A stretch of 64,000 nt of DNA. It comes from Burkholderiales bacterium (GTDB lineage Bacteria > Pseudomonadota > Gammaproteobacteria > Burkholderiales > Eutrophovitaceae). The notes beneath the pieces are model-generated. The model was not told the DNA's origin and searched no databases. It saw only the letters and a list, made by a program, of their open reading frames with translations. A program made the translations under genes and the position numbers. Numbering within the stretch: the stretch's first letter is position 1; every line of letters begins with the position of its first letter. The stretch covers positions 14,292-78,291 of the forward strand of contig DATMAN010000057.1 of assembly GCA_035560005.1 (NCBI GenBank), written 5' to 3'. Below, one piece after another: positions 19,715-30,558 of the stretch.

Positions 19715-19860
19715 GAGGAGGTGGCCGCGGGCCTGGACAGTCGCGCAGTGTTTGCCGCCCTACGCTGTACCGCGCCCTTGAACTGTATACTTCGCCCCTT
19801 CCGCGCGCGATGGAGTTCGCGGCGGCATCGGTACGCTACCCGATCGGACGCTTCGCGATC

Positions 19861-20484
19861 ATGACCCCTTCCTACTGGTCTCGCGCCACGACGGAGCTTT
19901 CCGCGCGCGATGCCGTGCTGCGCGTATTGATCCGCAACCATGATGGGCCGCGCCTGGAAAGCCGCGGCGACGCATTCGTCACCCTGGCCCGTTCCATCGT
20001 GGGCCACGAGATCTCGGTGCAGGCCGCCGAGAGCGTCTGGCAGAAACTCCTCGAATCCGTCGGCGTTCTGGGACCGGCGGCCATCGCGCGGATGGACCCG
20101 GTGCGGCTGCAAGCTTGCGGATTGTCGAGCAAGAAATCGAGTTATCTGATCGATCTCGCCGAACACTTCCTGAACGGGTCGCTGGACGCCGCGCGCTGGG
20201 ACGAGCAGGACGACGAACGGCTCATCGAGCAACTGACCAAAGTCAAGGGAATCGGCCGCTGGACCGCGGAGATGTTTCTCATCTTCTTCATGATGCGCCC
20301 CGACATTCTGCCGGTCGACGATATCGGCCTGCAGCGCGCGATGAGCCTGCATTACAACAACGGAAGGCCACTGTCCAAGCTCAAGATGCGTCAGGTCGCC
20401 GCCGCCTGGCAGCCCTGGCGCACGGTCGGCACCTGGTATCTTTGGCGCAGCTTGGACCCGATCCCCGCGCAGCGCCGGAGCTAG
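19861..20484 (+). CDS. alkA: DNA-3-methyladenine glycosylase II (HhH-GPD, AlkA-like)
   Basis: The C-terminal third of the 447-aa ORF carries the motifs [64 protein letters not shown]. The start could be 19861 or 19810. Confidence 0.8.
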   Translation: MTPSYWSRATTELSARDAVLRVLIRNHDGPRLESRGDAFVTLARSIVGHEISVQAAESVWQKLLESVGVLGPAAIARMDPVRLQACGLSSKKSSYLIDLAEHFLNGSLDAARWDEQDDERLIEQLTKVKGIGRWTAEMFLIFFMMRPDILPVDDIGLQRAMSLHYNNGRPLSKLKMRQVAAAWQPWRTVGTWYLWRSLDPIPAQRRS

Positions 20485-21209
20485 ATTCCGGGGGCGCGGC
20501 CGGGCATGCGCGGCGACTCCGGCTTCGACGCGGCCTCCTGTTGCAAAATCCCGTCCTCCAGACGCAGCACCCTTTGCATCCGCCGCGCGATCTCGGGGCT
20601 GTGCGTCACGACGACGAAGCTGGTGCCGAAGTCGGTGTTCAACCGCAGCATCAGATCGAGCACCCCCTCCGCAGTATGCCGGTCAAGGTTGCCGGTGGGT
20701 TCGTCAGCGAGCACGCAGGCCGGCGCCGTGACCAGCGCCCGTGCGAGCGCCGCGCGCTGGCGTTCGCCACCGGAAAGCTCGCCGGGGGTGTGCCTGACAC
20801 GCCCGCCGAGTCCCACCCGTTGCAGAATGTCCGAGGCGCGTCGCATGGCTTCCCCGGGCGGGATGCGCCGGATCAGCAGAGGCATCGCCACGTTCTCAAG
20901 CGCAGTGAACTCCGGCAGGAGATGATGGAACTGATAGACGAAACCGAGGCCGCGGTTGCGCAACTCGCCGCGTTTGCGCTCCGAGAGCCGGAAAAGATCC
21001 TCGTCGAGCAGCCACACGCGGCCGCCGGTCGGCGCATCCAGCCCGCCGAGCAGATGCAACAGCGTGCTCTTGCCGGATCCCGAGGCACCGACGATGGCGA
21101 TCGTTTCACCCGGCTTCACCGCAAGGTCGACACCGAGCAGGACCGGGACGGCGTAATCTCCCTGACGGTAGGTCTTGCGCAGGTCCTGGCAGCTCAGCAC
21201 GGTTTGCAT
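20481..21209 (-). CDS. lolD: Lipoprotein-releasing ABC transporter ATP-binding protein LolD
   Basis: Walker [10 protein letters not shown], signature [15 protein letters not shown], Walker [12 protein letters not shown]. It follows the lolC/E permease gene. Confidence 0.92.
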   Translation of the reverse strand: MQTVLSCQDLRKTYRQGDYAVPVLLGVDLAVKPGETIAIVGASGSGKSTLLHLLGGLDAPTGGRVWLLDEDLFRLSERKRGELRNRGLGFVYQFHHLLPEFTALENVAMPLLIRRIPPGEAMRRASDILQRVGLGGRVRHTPGELSGGERQRAALARALVTAPACVLADEPTGNLDRHTAEGVLDLMLRLNTDFGTSFVVVTHSPEIARRMQRVLRLEDGILQQEAASKPESPRMPGRAPGI

Positions 21210-21220
21210 CCGTGGTCGCA

Positions 21221-22474
21221 CTATTCGTAGCGCAGCGCTTCGGCCGGGTTGACGCTCGCCGCCCGAAGGCTCGGATAGATCGTCGCCGCCAGACTCAGCC
21301 CAAAAGCGGTGGTCGCGATAGTGACGACGTCGCGCAGCTGCAGATCGGAAGGCAGATCGCTGATGTAGTACACGTCCTTGGCCAGAAACTGGACGCCGAA
21401 CGCGTGCTCGATGGCGGGCACGATCACGTCGATGTTCAGGGCGACGGCCACGCCCAGCAGCACGCCGCCCAGCGTCCCGATCACGCCGATCAGCGCGCCC
21501 TGGATCACGAAGATCCTCATGATGTCGGCGGGCGCGGAACCCAGGGTGCGCAGAATGGCGATGTCGGCTCGCTTGTCGGTGACGGCCATCACCAGCGTGG
21601 AGACGATGTTGAAGGCGGCCACGGCCACGATCAGCAGCAGGATGATGAACATCACCCGCTTCTCGATCTGAACGGCGCGAAAAAAATTCGCGTGGCTGCG
21701 CGTCCAGTCGGTGACATAGACGTCCTCGTCGATGCTCTTCGCCAGCTCCCGCGCCACGCGCGGGGCATCGAACAGCTCCACGAGCTTCAATCGGATGCCG
21801 CTCACCGCGTCGCCGAGCCGATAGAGGCGCTGTGCGTCCGCCAGATGAATGAACGCCAGCCCAGCGTCATACTCGTACATCCCGACCTCGAACACGCCCA
21901 CGACCGTGAACTGACGCAGCCGCGGCAGGACCCCGGCCGGCGTCACCTGACCCTGGGGCGTGATCGCCACGACCCGGTCGCCAAGTCCCGCGCCCAGCGC
22001 GCCCGCCAGTTCGCTGCCCAGGACGATGCCGAACTCGCCGGGGCGCAGCGCTTCCAGGCGGCCTTCCTTCATGTGCCGGCCCACGTCGGCGACGTTGTCT
22101 TCGTTCTCCGGGAGGATGCCCCGCACCATCGTGCCCTGCACCGACCGGCGATGCGAGAGCAGCCCCTGGGCCATGACGTAAGGCGCGGCCGCGACCACCT
22201 CAGGGTTGCGCGTAGCCTGTTGCGCGAGCCGTGGCCAGTCTCGCAAGGATCCGCCCAGGCCGACGATCTGCACATGCGCGGCCACGCCCAGGATGCGGGC
22301 GCGCAGCTCCTTCTGGAATCCGTTCATGACCGACAGCACCACGATCAGCGCCGCCACGCCCAGCCCGATGCCGAGCATCGACGTGATGGAAATGAAGGAG
22401 ATGAAGTGATTGCGGCGCTTGGCCCAGGCATAACGCAGGCCAATGAACAGCTCGTATCGGCCCTGCATCAGCAA
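21221..22474 (-). CDS. lolC: Lipoprotein-releasing system permease LolC/LolE
   Basis: [37 protein letters not shown].., MacB-like periplasmic domain, FtsX C-terminus ending RYE. Confidence 0.9.
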   Translation of the reverse strand: MLMQGRYELFIGLRYAWAKRRNHFISFISITSMLGIGLGVAALIVVLSVMNGFQKELRARILGVAAHVQIVGLGGSLRDWPRLAQQATRNPEVVAAAPYVMAQGLLSHRRSVQGTMVRGILPENEDNVADVGRHMKEGRLEALRPGEFGIVLGSELAGALGAGLGDRVVAITPQGQVTPAGVLPRLRQFTVVGVFEVGMYEYDAGLAFIHLADAQRLYRLGDAVSGIRLKLVELFDAPRVARELAKSIDEDVYVTDWTRSHANFFRAVQIEKRVMFIILLLIVAVAAFNIVSTLVMAVTDKRADIAILRTLGSAPADIMRIFVIQGALIGVIGTLGGVLLGVAVALNIDVIVPAIEHAFGVQFLAKDVYYISDLPSDLQLRDVVTIATTAFGLSLAATIYPSLRAASVNPAEALRYE

Positions 22475-22579
22475 GCCACGCCACCGGAGGTTTTCATTTG
22501 GGCGTTGAAGTCTGCCATATCCCGCGCCTTCTGACTAAGCGCCGATGCTAAACTTCGCGCGCTTCTGCAACCCGACGCC

Positions 22580-23581
22580 GTGCGCACACTGACGCTGCTG
22601 GTCCGCCAAGCGCCGTTTCACGATCGAACCGGATCGGAGGCGCTGCCGGCAGGGGTCGGTTTCATCGTTGCTCGCGGCCGCTCGAGCCGACCTTTCCCGG
22701 TCGACGCGACCTCCTGGCTGTGCCAGCGTTTCGGGCTCGCGCGCGGCCCCGACTGGTCCATCGCGCCGATCCTTGCCAATGCTGCCGGCCAGGCCGGCCG
22801 ACATCCGGCCTGGCTGTGCGCCGATCCCGTGCATGTCGAAATTCGACCGTCCGGGATCAAGGTGGTGCCAGCGGCGGTGCTGGCTTTGACCGATGCGCAG
22901 AGCGCCGCCCTGGTATCCGCGCTCGACCAGCACTTCGCACGCTGCGGCGTGCGTGTCGTGGCCTTCGAACGCGACCGCTGGCTGATCAACGCCCCTGGCT
23001 CGATCGCGCTGGATACCGCTCCGCTGGACGCCGCGGGCAACACGCGCCTTGTCACCGTGCGCGGCCGCGATGCGCCGCGCTGGAACGCTTTCCTGACCGA
23101 GGCCCAGATGCTGTTGCACGCGCATCCGGTCAACGCCGCCCGGGAAGCGCGCGGCGAGCTTCCGATCAACAGTGTCCATCTGTGGGGTGGCGGGTCGGTC
23201 TCCGAAGTGGCATTGCAGCCGACCGATAGCCTTGCCGCTGCTGACGACCGTCTGGTAACCGCCCTGTGCAAGGCAGCGGGAGTCGAAATGTTCGCCGACG
23301 CGGCGCAGCTGATCGAGCGCCTCCAAACCCTGCCGCGGGGATCTGCGCTCGTGGTCGGAGCCGCCGCCGGACCCTTGCACCAAGCAGTCGCGGCGATCGC
23401 GCATGACTGGCTCCAGCCGGCCTTGCAGGCGTTGAAGTACCGCAGCTTGGACCAGGTGCACCTGCTATGGGCGGACGCAACCGGGCTGATCGACCATTCG
23501 CTCACCCGCGGCGCCTTCTGGCGATTCTGGGAGGCGTTGCGCGGACCGGCAGCCGCTCGAGCGCATTCCCGTCTCCGGTGA
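22580..23581 (+). CDS. Conserved hypothetical protein (family often annotated RpfE-type regulator / phosphoglycerate-mutase-like)
   Basis: 333-aa ORF with a GTG start and coding-like composition. Motifs WLCADPVHV and PINSVHLWGGG match, from memory, the family found between lolCD and recJ in betaproteobacteria. I know of no function for it. Confidence 0.55.
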   Translation: MRTLTLLVRQAPFHDRTGSEALPAGVGFIVARGRSSRPFPVDATSWLCQRFGLARGPDWSIAPILANAAGQAGRHPAWLCADPVHVEIRPSGIKVVPAAVLALTDAQSAALVSALDQHFARCGVRVVAFERDRWLINAPGSIALDTAPLDAAGNTRLVTVRGRDAPRWNAFLTEAQMLLHAHPVNAAREARGELPINSVHLWGGGSVSEVALQPTDSLAAADDRLVTALCKAAGVEMFADAAQLIERLQTLPRGSALVVGAAAGPLHQAVAAIAHDWLQPALQALKYRSLDQVHLLWADATGLIDHSLTRGAFWRFWEALRGPAAARAHSRLR

Positions 23582-25281
23582 CCAGCACGCGGATCGTCAC
23601 CCGGCCCGTCCCGGCCGAAGCCTGCAGGAGACTTATCGAGGCTGGCGTGCTGCCGCCGCTGGCGCGCGTGTTCTGCGCCCGCGGCATCGACCGGCCAGCC
23701 CGGCTCGATACCGCGTTCGGCGCGCTGCTACCATTCGATCAGTTGCGCGGCGTCGAAAGCGCCGCGGCGCTGCTCGCCGATGCGATTGCCCGGCACCGGA
23801 AACTGCTCGTCGTCGCGGACTACGACGCCGATGGCGCGACTTCGTGCGCTCTGGCCCTCGCGGCGCTGCGCGCAATGGGTGCGCAGGTCCACTATCTCGT
23901 GCCCAATCGGTTCGAGTACGGCTATGGGCTGACGCCCGAGATCGTGGAGGTCGCCGCGCAGCAACGGCCGGACTGGCTGATCACCGTGGACAACGGCATT
24001 GCCAGCGTGGATGGAGTCGCGGCGGCGCGCCGGCTCGGCATGCGCGTTCTGATCACCGACCATCATCTTCCGAGCGAGCAGTTGCCGGAGGCGGATTGCA
24101 TCGTCAATCCCAATCAGCCCGGCTGCGAGTTCCCCAGCAAACACCTGGCGGGCGTGGGCGTCATGTTCTACGTGTTGCTCGCGCTGCGCGCCGAGCTGCG
24201 GCGGCGCGGCGCCTTTGCCAACCGACGGGAGCCCAATCTTGCGGATGCGCTGGACCTGGTGGCGCTGGGAACTGTCGCCGACGTAGCCAGGCTCGACGAC
24301 AACAACCGTATCCTGGTTGCGCAAGGATTGCGGCGCATCCGCGCCGGCCGCGCCAGACCCGGGATCGCAGCGCTGTTTCGCAGCGCTGGCCGCGACCCGG
24401 GGCGCGCATCGACCTACGATCTGGCCTACGTTCTCGGCCCACGGCTCAATGCCGCCGGACGACTCACTGACATGAGTCTGGGCATCGAGTGTCTGCTCGC
24501 ACGGGATGACGCCCGGGCCGCGGCGCTCTCCGCCGAGCTGGAACGGTTGAATCGCGAGCGGCGCGACATCGAGGCGCAGATGCACGACGCCGCGCTTGAC
24601 ATCGTCGGGCGGATCGAGGTCGTGGACCGCTACTCGCTGGCACTCTACGATCCGCAATGGCACCAAGGCGTCATCGGAATTCTGGCGTCGCGGCTCAGGG
24701 AGCGTTTTCACCGGCCGGTATTTGCCTTCGCACCGGGCGTCGACGGTGAGGCCAAGGGCTCGGGCAGATCCATCCCGGGTTTGCACCTGCGCGACGCGCT
24801 GGATCTTCTGTCCAAGCGCCACCCGGGCCTAGTGCTGCGCTTCGGCGGTCATGCCGCGGCGGCCGGGGCAAGCGTGCGCATGGGCGACGTTCCCAGATTT
24901 GCCGATGCCTTCGAAGACGTCGTCCGCTCGCTGCTGGAGCCTGGTGATCTGCACCAGGTCCTCGAAACCGATGGAGCACTCGCGCCCGACGAGATTTCGC
25001 TCGCGTTGGCGGAAGCGATCGAGGCCCAAGTCTGGGGTCAGGGTTTTCCGCCACCGCTGTTCTGCCAGGAATTCGAGGTCGTCGAGCAGTTCGTGGTCGG
25101 TGGCCGACACTTGCGGTTGAAGATGCGCCAAGCCGGGACCCACGGTGTCGTAGAAGCGATCCGCTTTGGTGAGGACACGGGCCTGCCTTCCCGCGTACTG
25201 GCCGTCTACCGCTTGCAGATCAACGAATTCAACGGTGCGCGCAGCCCCCAATTGGTCATCGAGCGATGGAGTGCGGCCTAG
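23578..25281 (+). CDS. recJ: Single-stranded-DNA-specific exonuclease RecJ
   Basis: DHH motifs (VVADYDADGATS, NGIASV, ITDHH) and DHHA1 (GGHAAAAG). The GTG start overlaps the stop of the preceding gene (GTGA). Confidence 0.93.
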   Translation: MTSTRIVTRPVPAEACRRLIEAGVLPPLARVFCARGIDRPARLDTAFGALLPFDQLRGVESAAALLADAIARHRKLLVVADYDADGATSCALALAALRAMGAQVHYLVPNRFEYGYGLTPEIVEVAAQQRPDWLITVDNGIASVDGVAAARRLGMRVLITDHHLPSEQLPEADCIVNPNQPGCEFPSKHLAGVGVMFYVLLALRAELRRRGAFANRREPNLADALDLVALGTVADVARLDDNNRILVAQGLRRIRAGRARPGIAALFRSAGRDPGRASTYDLAYVLGPRLNAAGRLTDMSLGIECLLARDDARAAALSAELERLNRERRDIEAQMHDAALDIVGRIEVVDRYSLALYDPQWHQGVIGILASRLRERFHRPVFAFAPGVDGEAKGSGRSIPGLHLRDALDLLSKRHPGLVLRFGGHAAAAGASVRMGDVPRFADAFEDVVRSLLEPGDLHQVLETDGALAPDEISLALAEAIEAQVWGQGFPPPLFCQEFEVVEQFVVGGRHLRLKMRQAGTHGVVEAIRFGEDTGLPSRVLAVYRLQINEFNGARSPQLVIERWSAA

Positions 25282-25801
25282 ATGGAATTGTTCCCGGCTC
25301 GAAGGCAGCCGGGGGAGCATCTGCCGGCGTTTGTGGCCAGCCTGGCGAGGGGTCTTTTGATCGGCCTCGCGCATCAACGCCATCCCGAAGCGAAGGTCGG
25401 ACTGCACCCTTTGCGCTCGTCGCGCTGGTTCGGTGCGCTCGCCGCCTTTTCTCCGCTGGTCTGCGCCGCCCCCGGCCGACAGTCGGCAGACCTTTGCTGG
25501 TGGGCGCCATGATCATCGCGGCCTGCGGCGCGAAAGACCGGAAGCCGAACGCGGTACTACGACCGTGGCGGCCGTTCCGGTCCGCTGCACATTGGCCGCC
25601 ATGAGCCGTAGGTACGCACAGGCTGCCGTGATGCGCGCGGTGATCGCCACGCCGCTGCTCTACTTCAAGGCCGAGTTGCGCGGCATCAGGCGCCGCCAAC
25701 GTCCGCGCTCGCCGCGGGCCTGGTCGCCGGGCTGCTGTCGGTCAAACGCAGCCGCGCGCGGCGCATCGGGTAGAATTCCTGCCTTTCCTTCGGAACCGCC
25801 C

Positions 25802-26906
25802 ATGGACGCGGAACGCATCAACGCCATCGAGTCCAAGCTCAACGATCTCGACGCCCGAGCTGGAGAGCTGCGGAGGTATCTTTGACTTCGACGCCAAGCG
25901 CGCGCGCCTGGAAGAGATCCTTCGGCTGATCGAGGACCCCCGCATCTGGGACGACCCCAAGCGGGCGCAAGACCTCGGGCGGGAAAAGAAGGCACTGGAA
26001 GGGGTGGTGAGCACTCTGGAGCGCATCGGCACCGGCCTGCGCGATGCCCGCGAGCTGTTCGCGCTCGCGCACTCCGAGCGCGATGAGGCTACATTGGGCG
26101 CCGTCGAGCGCGATCTCGACGCGATCGAGGACGCCGTCGGAGACCTGGAGTTCCGTCGCATGTTTTCCCACCCGATGGACCCGAACAACTGTTTTCTGGA
26201 CATCCAAGCTGGGGCCGGCGGTACCGAAGCACAGGACTGGGCCGCGATGCTCGAGCGGATGTACGTCCGCTACTGCGAGAAGAAGGGGTTCGACGTCGAA
26301 GTGCTGGAAGAGTCGCCAGGAGAGGTCGCCGGAATCAAGAGCGCGACGCTCAAAGTATCGGGCGACTACGCGTTCGGCACCTTGCGCACGGAGACCGGCG
26401 TGCACCGTCTTGTCCGCAAGTCTCCTTTCGACGCCAACGCCCGGCGCCACACATCATTCGCCAGCGTCTTCGTCTATCCGGAGGTCGACGACACGATCCA
26501 GATCGACATCAACCCGGCCGATCTGCGCATCGACGTCTATCGCGCCTCCGGCGCTGGCGGTCAGCACGTCAACCGTACGGAGTCGGCGGTGCGCATCACC
26601 CACCTGCCGACCGGCATCGTGGTCCAATGCCAGAACGACCGCTCCCAGCACCGCAACCGCGACGAGGCCATGGCGATGCTGCGCTCGCGGCTCTACGAGT
26701 TCGAATTGCGCAAGCGCCAGGCCGAGCAGCAGAAACTGGAGGACTCCAAGACCGACATCGGCTGGGGTCATCAGATTCGCTCGTACGTGCTCGACCAGTC
26801 ACGCATCAAAGACCTGCGTACCCACGTGGAGATCGGCAACACGCAGGCGGTGCTGGACGGAGATCTGGATCCGTTCATCGAAGCGAGCCTGAAGCAGGGC
26901 GTATGA
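25802..26906 (+). CDS. prfB: Peptide chain release factor 2, with programmed +1 frameshift at 25880-25886
   Basis: Frame 0 ([27 protein letters not shown]) stops at TGA 25883-25885 within the canonical GGAGG-TAT-CTT-TGA-C signal. The +1 frame continues [11 protein letters not shown].., joins ORF 26004-26906 and contains SPF and GGQ motifs (SGAGGQHVN). Confidence 0.95.
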
Positions 26907-26943
26907 CGACCCGCCGTGTGCCCGGGCATCAGGCTCGACAGCA

Positions 26944-28455
26944 GTGATTATGCAAGACGGCAACCATCCGCCGCCGGCGGCCGACACCAATCAGATCATC
27001 GAGGAACGCAAGGCGAAACTCGCCCGGTTGCGCGCACAGGGCAACGCCTTCCCCAACGATTTCCGGCGCACCCACCTGGCGGCCGAGCTGCACGGCCGTT
27101 ACGGGACCTGCTCCAACGACCAGCTCGAATCGCTGGCGATCGACGTCGCGGTGGCCGGCCGGATGATGCTCAAGCGCGTCATGGGCAAGGCGAGCTTCGC
27201 GACCGTGCAGGACATGTCGGGGCGGATCCAGTTGTACGTGGCCAACGACGTGACCGGGGAACAAGCCCATGCCGCCTTCAAGCATTGGGATCTCGGCGAC
27301 ATCGTCGGAGCCGAAGGTTCGCTCTTCAAGACCAGGACCGGCGAGCTCACCGTCAAGGTCCGGCGCATTCGGCTGCTGGTGAAAGCGCTGCGCCCGCTGC
27401 CCGAGAAGTTCCGAGGACTGGTCGACCAAGAACAGAGATACCGCCAGCGCTACCTGGACCTGATCGTCAATCCGGAAACACGCCGCACGTTCGAGGTGCG
27501 CTCGAGGATCGTACAGTCGATTCGCAATTTCTTCGTCGACCGCGGCTATCTGGAAGTCGAGACCCCGATGATGCAGCCGCTGCCCGGCGGGGCCGCGGCA
27601 CGGCCGTTCGTCACCCATCACAACGCGCTGGACATGGATCTGTACCTGCGCATCGCGCCCGAGCTCTACCTCAAGCGGCTGGTCGTGGGCGGCCTGGAGA
27701 AGGTCTTCGAGATCAACCGCAACTTCCGCAACGAAGGCATCTCGACCAAGCACAATCCGGAATTCACAATGCTGGAGTTCTACGAGGCCTATCAGGACTA
27801 CCACTACCTGATGGACTTGACCGAAGAGCTGTTGCGCAAGGTCGCGGTCGACGCGGTGAACACCACCACGCCCGTTTATCAAGGCGAAACCATCGATTTT
27901 GGCAAACCCTTCGACCGCCTGACCATGAGTGAGGCGATCGCCAAGTACAACCCGCGCTATGCCCTGTCCGAGCTGGACAAGGCCGAGTACCTGAAGGTCG
28001 CACTGGCGCCGTTCGACGTGGAAGTGTTTCCCTCCGACAGCGTCGGGGTGCTGCAACTGAAGCTCTTCGAGCAGACCACCGAAGCGAAGCTCGTCCAGCC
28101 GACCTTCATCGTGGCGTTTCCCACTGATGTGTCGCCGCTCGCCCGGCGCAACGACGCCAACCCCGCGGTCACCGACCGCTTCGAACTGTTCATTTGCGGG
28201 CGCGAGATCGCCAACGGATTCTCCGAGCTCAACGATCCCGAGGACCAGGCCGAGCGCTTTCGCCGGCAGGCCGATGCCAAGGCGGCAGGAGACGAAGAAG
28301 CGATGTTCTACGACGCCGACTACATTCGCGCGCTGGAATACGGACTGCCGCCGGCTGCCGGCGAAGGCATCGGCATCGACCGGCTGGTCATGCTGTTGAC
28401 CGACAGCCCTTCGATTCGCGACGTCATCCTCTTTCCGCACATGCGCCCGGAGTAG
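26944..28455 (+). CDS. lysS: Lysine-tRNA ligase (class II)
   Basis: OB-fold N-domain ([21 protein letters not shown]) and class II motifs ([22 protein letters not shown]). It follows prfB as in many proteobacteria. Confidence 0.96.
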   Translation: MIMQDGNHPPPAADTNQIIEERKAKLARLRAQGNAFPNDFRRTHLAAELHGRYGTCSNDQLESLAIDVAVAGRMMLKRVMGKASFATVQDMSGRIQLYVANDVTGEQAHAAFKHWDLGDIVGAEGSLFKTRTGELTVKVRRIRLLVKALRPLPEKFRGLVDQEQRYRQRYLDLIVNPETRRTFEVRSRIVQSIRNFFVDRGYLEVETPMMQPLPGGAAARPFVTHHNALDMDLYLRIAPELYLKRLVVGGLEKVFEINRNFRNEGISTKHNPEFTMLEFYEAYQDYHYLMDLTEELLRKVAVDAVNTTTPVYQGETIDFGKPFDRLTMSEAIAKYNPRYALSELDKAEYLKVALAPFDVEVFPSDSVGVLQLKLFEQTTEAKLVQPTFIVAFPTDVSPLARRNDANPAVTDRFELFICGREIANGFSELNDPEDQAERFRRQADAKAAGDEEAMFYDADYIRALEYGLPPAAGEGIGIDRLVMLLTDSPSIRDVILFPHMRPE

Positions 28456-28502
28456 GGACGGATTGCGCAGCACGCGGATTCGTTGCCTCAGGAACACCGC
28501 AC

Positions 28503-30467
28503 ATGAACCGAGACATTCCGCCCGTTCTCTGGACACCGTCACGGGAACGGATCGCCCGATCCAACATCGTGCGCTTCATCCGTCTGATCAATCGCCGCTG
28601 GAAAGCGGGGGTCGAGGATTCACCGGGTTTGTACGAGTGGTCGATCCGCGAGCCGCAGAAGTTCTGGACCGCGGTGTGGGATTTCTGCGGAGTCGTGGGC
28701 GAGACCGGCGGTGAGCGCGTGCTGGCGGACGCCCACCGCATGCCCGGCGCGCAGTGGTTCCCGGATGCCCGCCTGAACTATGCGGAAAATCTGCTCCGGG
28801 CACGCAGCAGCGACACGGCACTCGTGTTCTGGGGTGAGGACAAGGCGCGCCGGCGGCTCGGTTTCGACGAGCTGTACGACGCCGTTTCCAGGGTTGTGCA
28901 GGCGCTGGAAGGGGCAGGCGTGCGCGCAGGCGATCGGGTTGCAGCGTTCATGCCGAATCTGCCAGACACCATCATCTTCATGCTGGCAACCGCCAGCCTG
29001 GGTGCAATCTGGTCGTCGTGCTCGCCGGATTTTGGTGTCCAGGGGGTGATCGACCGCTTCGGCCAGATTGAACCGAAGATCCTGTTCGCGGTCGAGGGCT
29101 ACTACTATAACGGCAAGGCCCACGACACCCTGTCCCGCGTCGCCGAGATCGCGGCCGGGCTGCCCACCGTCGAGCGCGTGGTCGTCTGCTCGTACACGCG
29201 CGAACGGCCGGACATTTCCGCAATACCCCGCGCGCTGCATCTGACTGAGTTCCTCGCGCAATACCGGCCGCGGCCGATCGTCTTCCGCCGGCTGCCGTTC
29301 AACCACCCACTGTTCATTCTCTACTCGTCGGGAACGACCGGCGTGCCGAAATGCATCGTGCATGGGGCTGGCGGTACCCTGCTGCAGCATCTGAAGGAAC
29401 ATCAGCTGCACACCGATCTGAAGCCGGGTGACCGATTCTTCTATTTCACCACCTGCGGATGGATGATGTGGAACTGGCTGGCGAGCGGGCTGGCCAGCGG
29501 CGCCACGCTGCTGCTCTACGACGGCTCGCCGTTTTATCCGGGTCCGAGCGTGCTGTTCGACTACGCCGATGCCGAGCGCATGACGGTGTTCGGCACCTCC
29601 GCCAAATACATCGACGCGCTGCACAAGGCCGGCGTCAGACCGATCGAAACGCATCGTCTTTCCAGTCTGAAAACGATGACCTCCACCGGATCGCCGCTCA
29701 TCGCCGAGAGCTTCGACTACGTCTACCGTGCGATCAAGCGCGACCTGCTGCTGTCGTCGATCTCTGGAGGCACCGATATCGTCTCCTGCTTCGTGCTCGG
29801 CGACCCCACGCTGCCGGTCTATCGCGGCGAGATCCAGTGTCGCGGTTTCGGAATGAAGGTCGAGGTATTCGACGAGGCCGGGCGCAGCGTCGTCGGCCAG
29901 AAGGGCGAGCTGGTGTGTACCGCTCCTTTCCCGTCGATGCCGGTGCGTTTCTGGAACGACCCGGACGGAGCCAAATACCACAACGCCTACTTCGCCCGCT
30001 ACCCCGGCGTGTGGTGTCATGGCGACTTCATGGAGCTGACACCGCGCGGCACCGCCATTATCTACGGCCGCTCGGACGCCACGCTCAACCCCGGCGGCGT
30101 GCGCATCGGCACTGCGGAAATCTACCGGCAGGTCGAGCAGCTCGAGGAAGTCGTGGAAAGCCTGGTGATCAGTCAGGACTGGGACAACGACGTGCGCATC
30201 GTGCTTTTCGTGCGGCTGCGCGAGGGCCTCACGCTCGACGAGACGCTGATCGCAAGGATCAAGGAGCAGATTCGCCGCAACACCACGCCACGCCACGTGC
30301 CGGCGAAGATCGTGCAGGTTTTCGACATTCCGCGAACGAGGAGCGGAAAGATCGTCGAGCTGGCGGTACGCAACGTCGTCCACGGCCAGCCGGTGCGCAA
30401 CTTCGAGGCGCTGGCCAACCCAGAAGCGCTGGAGCAGTTCAAAGACCGGCCAGAACTGAAGACCTGA
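28503..30467 (+). CDS. aacS: Acetoacetyl-CoA synthetase (acetoacetate-CoA ligase)
   Basis: The N-terminus [28 protein letters not shown] is typical of the acetoacetyl-CoA synthetase subfamily. AMP-binding motif [14 protein letters not shown]; C-terminal [10 protein letters not shown]. Confidence 0.9.
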   Translation: MNRDIPPVLWTPSRERIARSNIVRFIRLINRRWKAGVEDSPGLYEWSIREPQKFWTAVWDFCGVVGETGGERVLADAHRMPGAQWFPDARLNYAENLLRARSSDTALVFWGEDKARRRLGFDELYDAVSRVVQALEGAGVRAGDRVAAFMPNLPDTIIFMLATASLGAIWSSCSPDFGVQGVIDRFGQIEPKILFAVEGYYYNGKAHDTLSRVAEIAAGLPTVERVVVCSYTRERPDISAIPRALHLTEFLAQYRPRPIVFRRLPFNHPLFILYSSGTTGVPKCIVHGAGGTLLQHLKEHQLHTDLKPGDRFFYFTTCGWMMWNWLASGLASGATLLLYDGSPFYPGPSVLFDYADAERMTVFGTSAKYIDALHKAGVRPIETHRLSSLKTMTSTGSPLIAESFDYVYRAIKRDLLLSSISGGTDIVSCFVLGDPTLPVYRGEIQCRGFGMKVEVFDEAGRSVVGQKGELVCTAPFPSMPVRFWNDPDGAKYHNAYFARYPGVWCHGDFMELTPRGTAIIYGRSDATLNPGGVRIGTAEIYRQVEQLEEVVESLVISQDWDNDVRIVLFVRLREGLTLDETLIARIKEQIRRNTTPRHVPAKIVQVFDIPRTRSGKIVELAVRNVVHGQPVRNFEALANPEALEQFKDRPELKT

Positions 30468-30528
30468 CCGGAAGACGGGGTGCGCCTGCGGCCAGGATTG
30501 CCGCCGGAGCGATCCGTGCGGTTCACCA

Positions 30529-30545
30529 ATACCCCCATAGGGTAT
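30529..30545. promoter_or_regulatory. CsoR-type operator palindrome upstream of copA
   Basis: ATACCC-CCATA-GGGTAT lies 14 nt before the copA ATG and overlaps a TATGAT -10-like hexamer. It resembles the GC-cored TACCC..GGGTA operators described for CsoR, and csoR is encoded in the same cluster. Confidence 0.5.
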
Positions 30546-30558
30546 ATGATTCCGCTCC

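Noticed and set aside
19141-19860. The N-terminal 240 codons of the 447-aa ORF 19141-20484, which would extend the AlkA-like gene.
   Set aside because: This part overlaps the well-supported DUF2062 gene in another frame and is Arg/Pro-rich. Glycosylase homology only begins near 19861.
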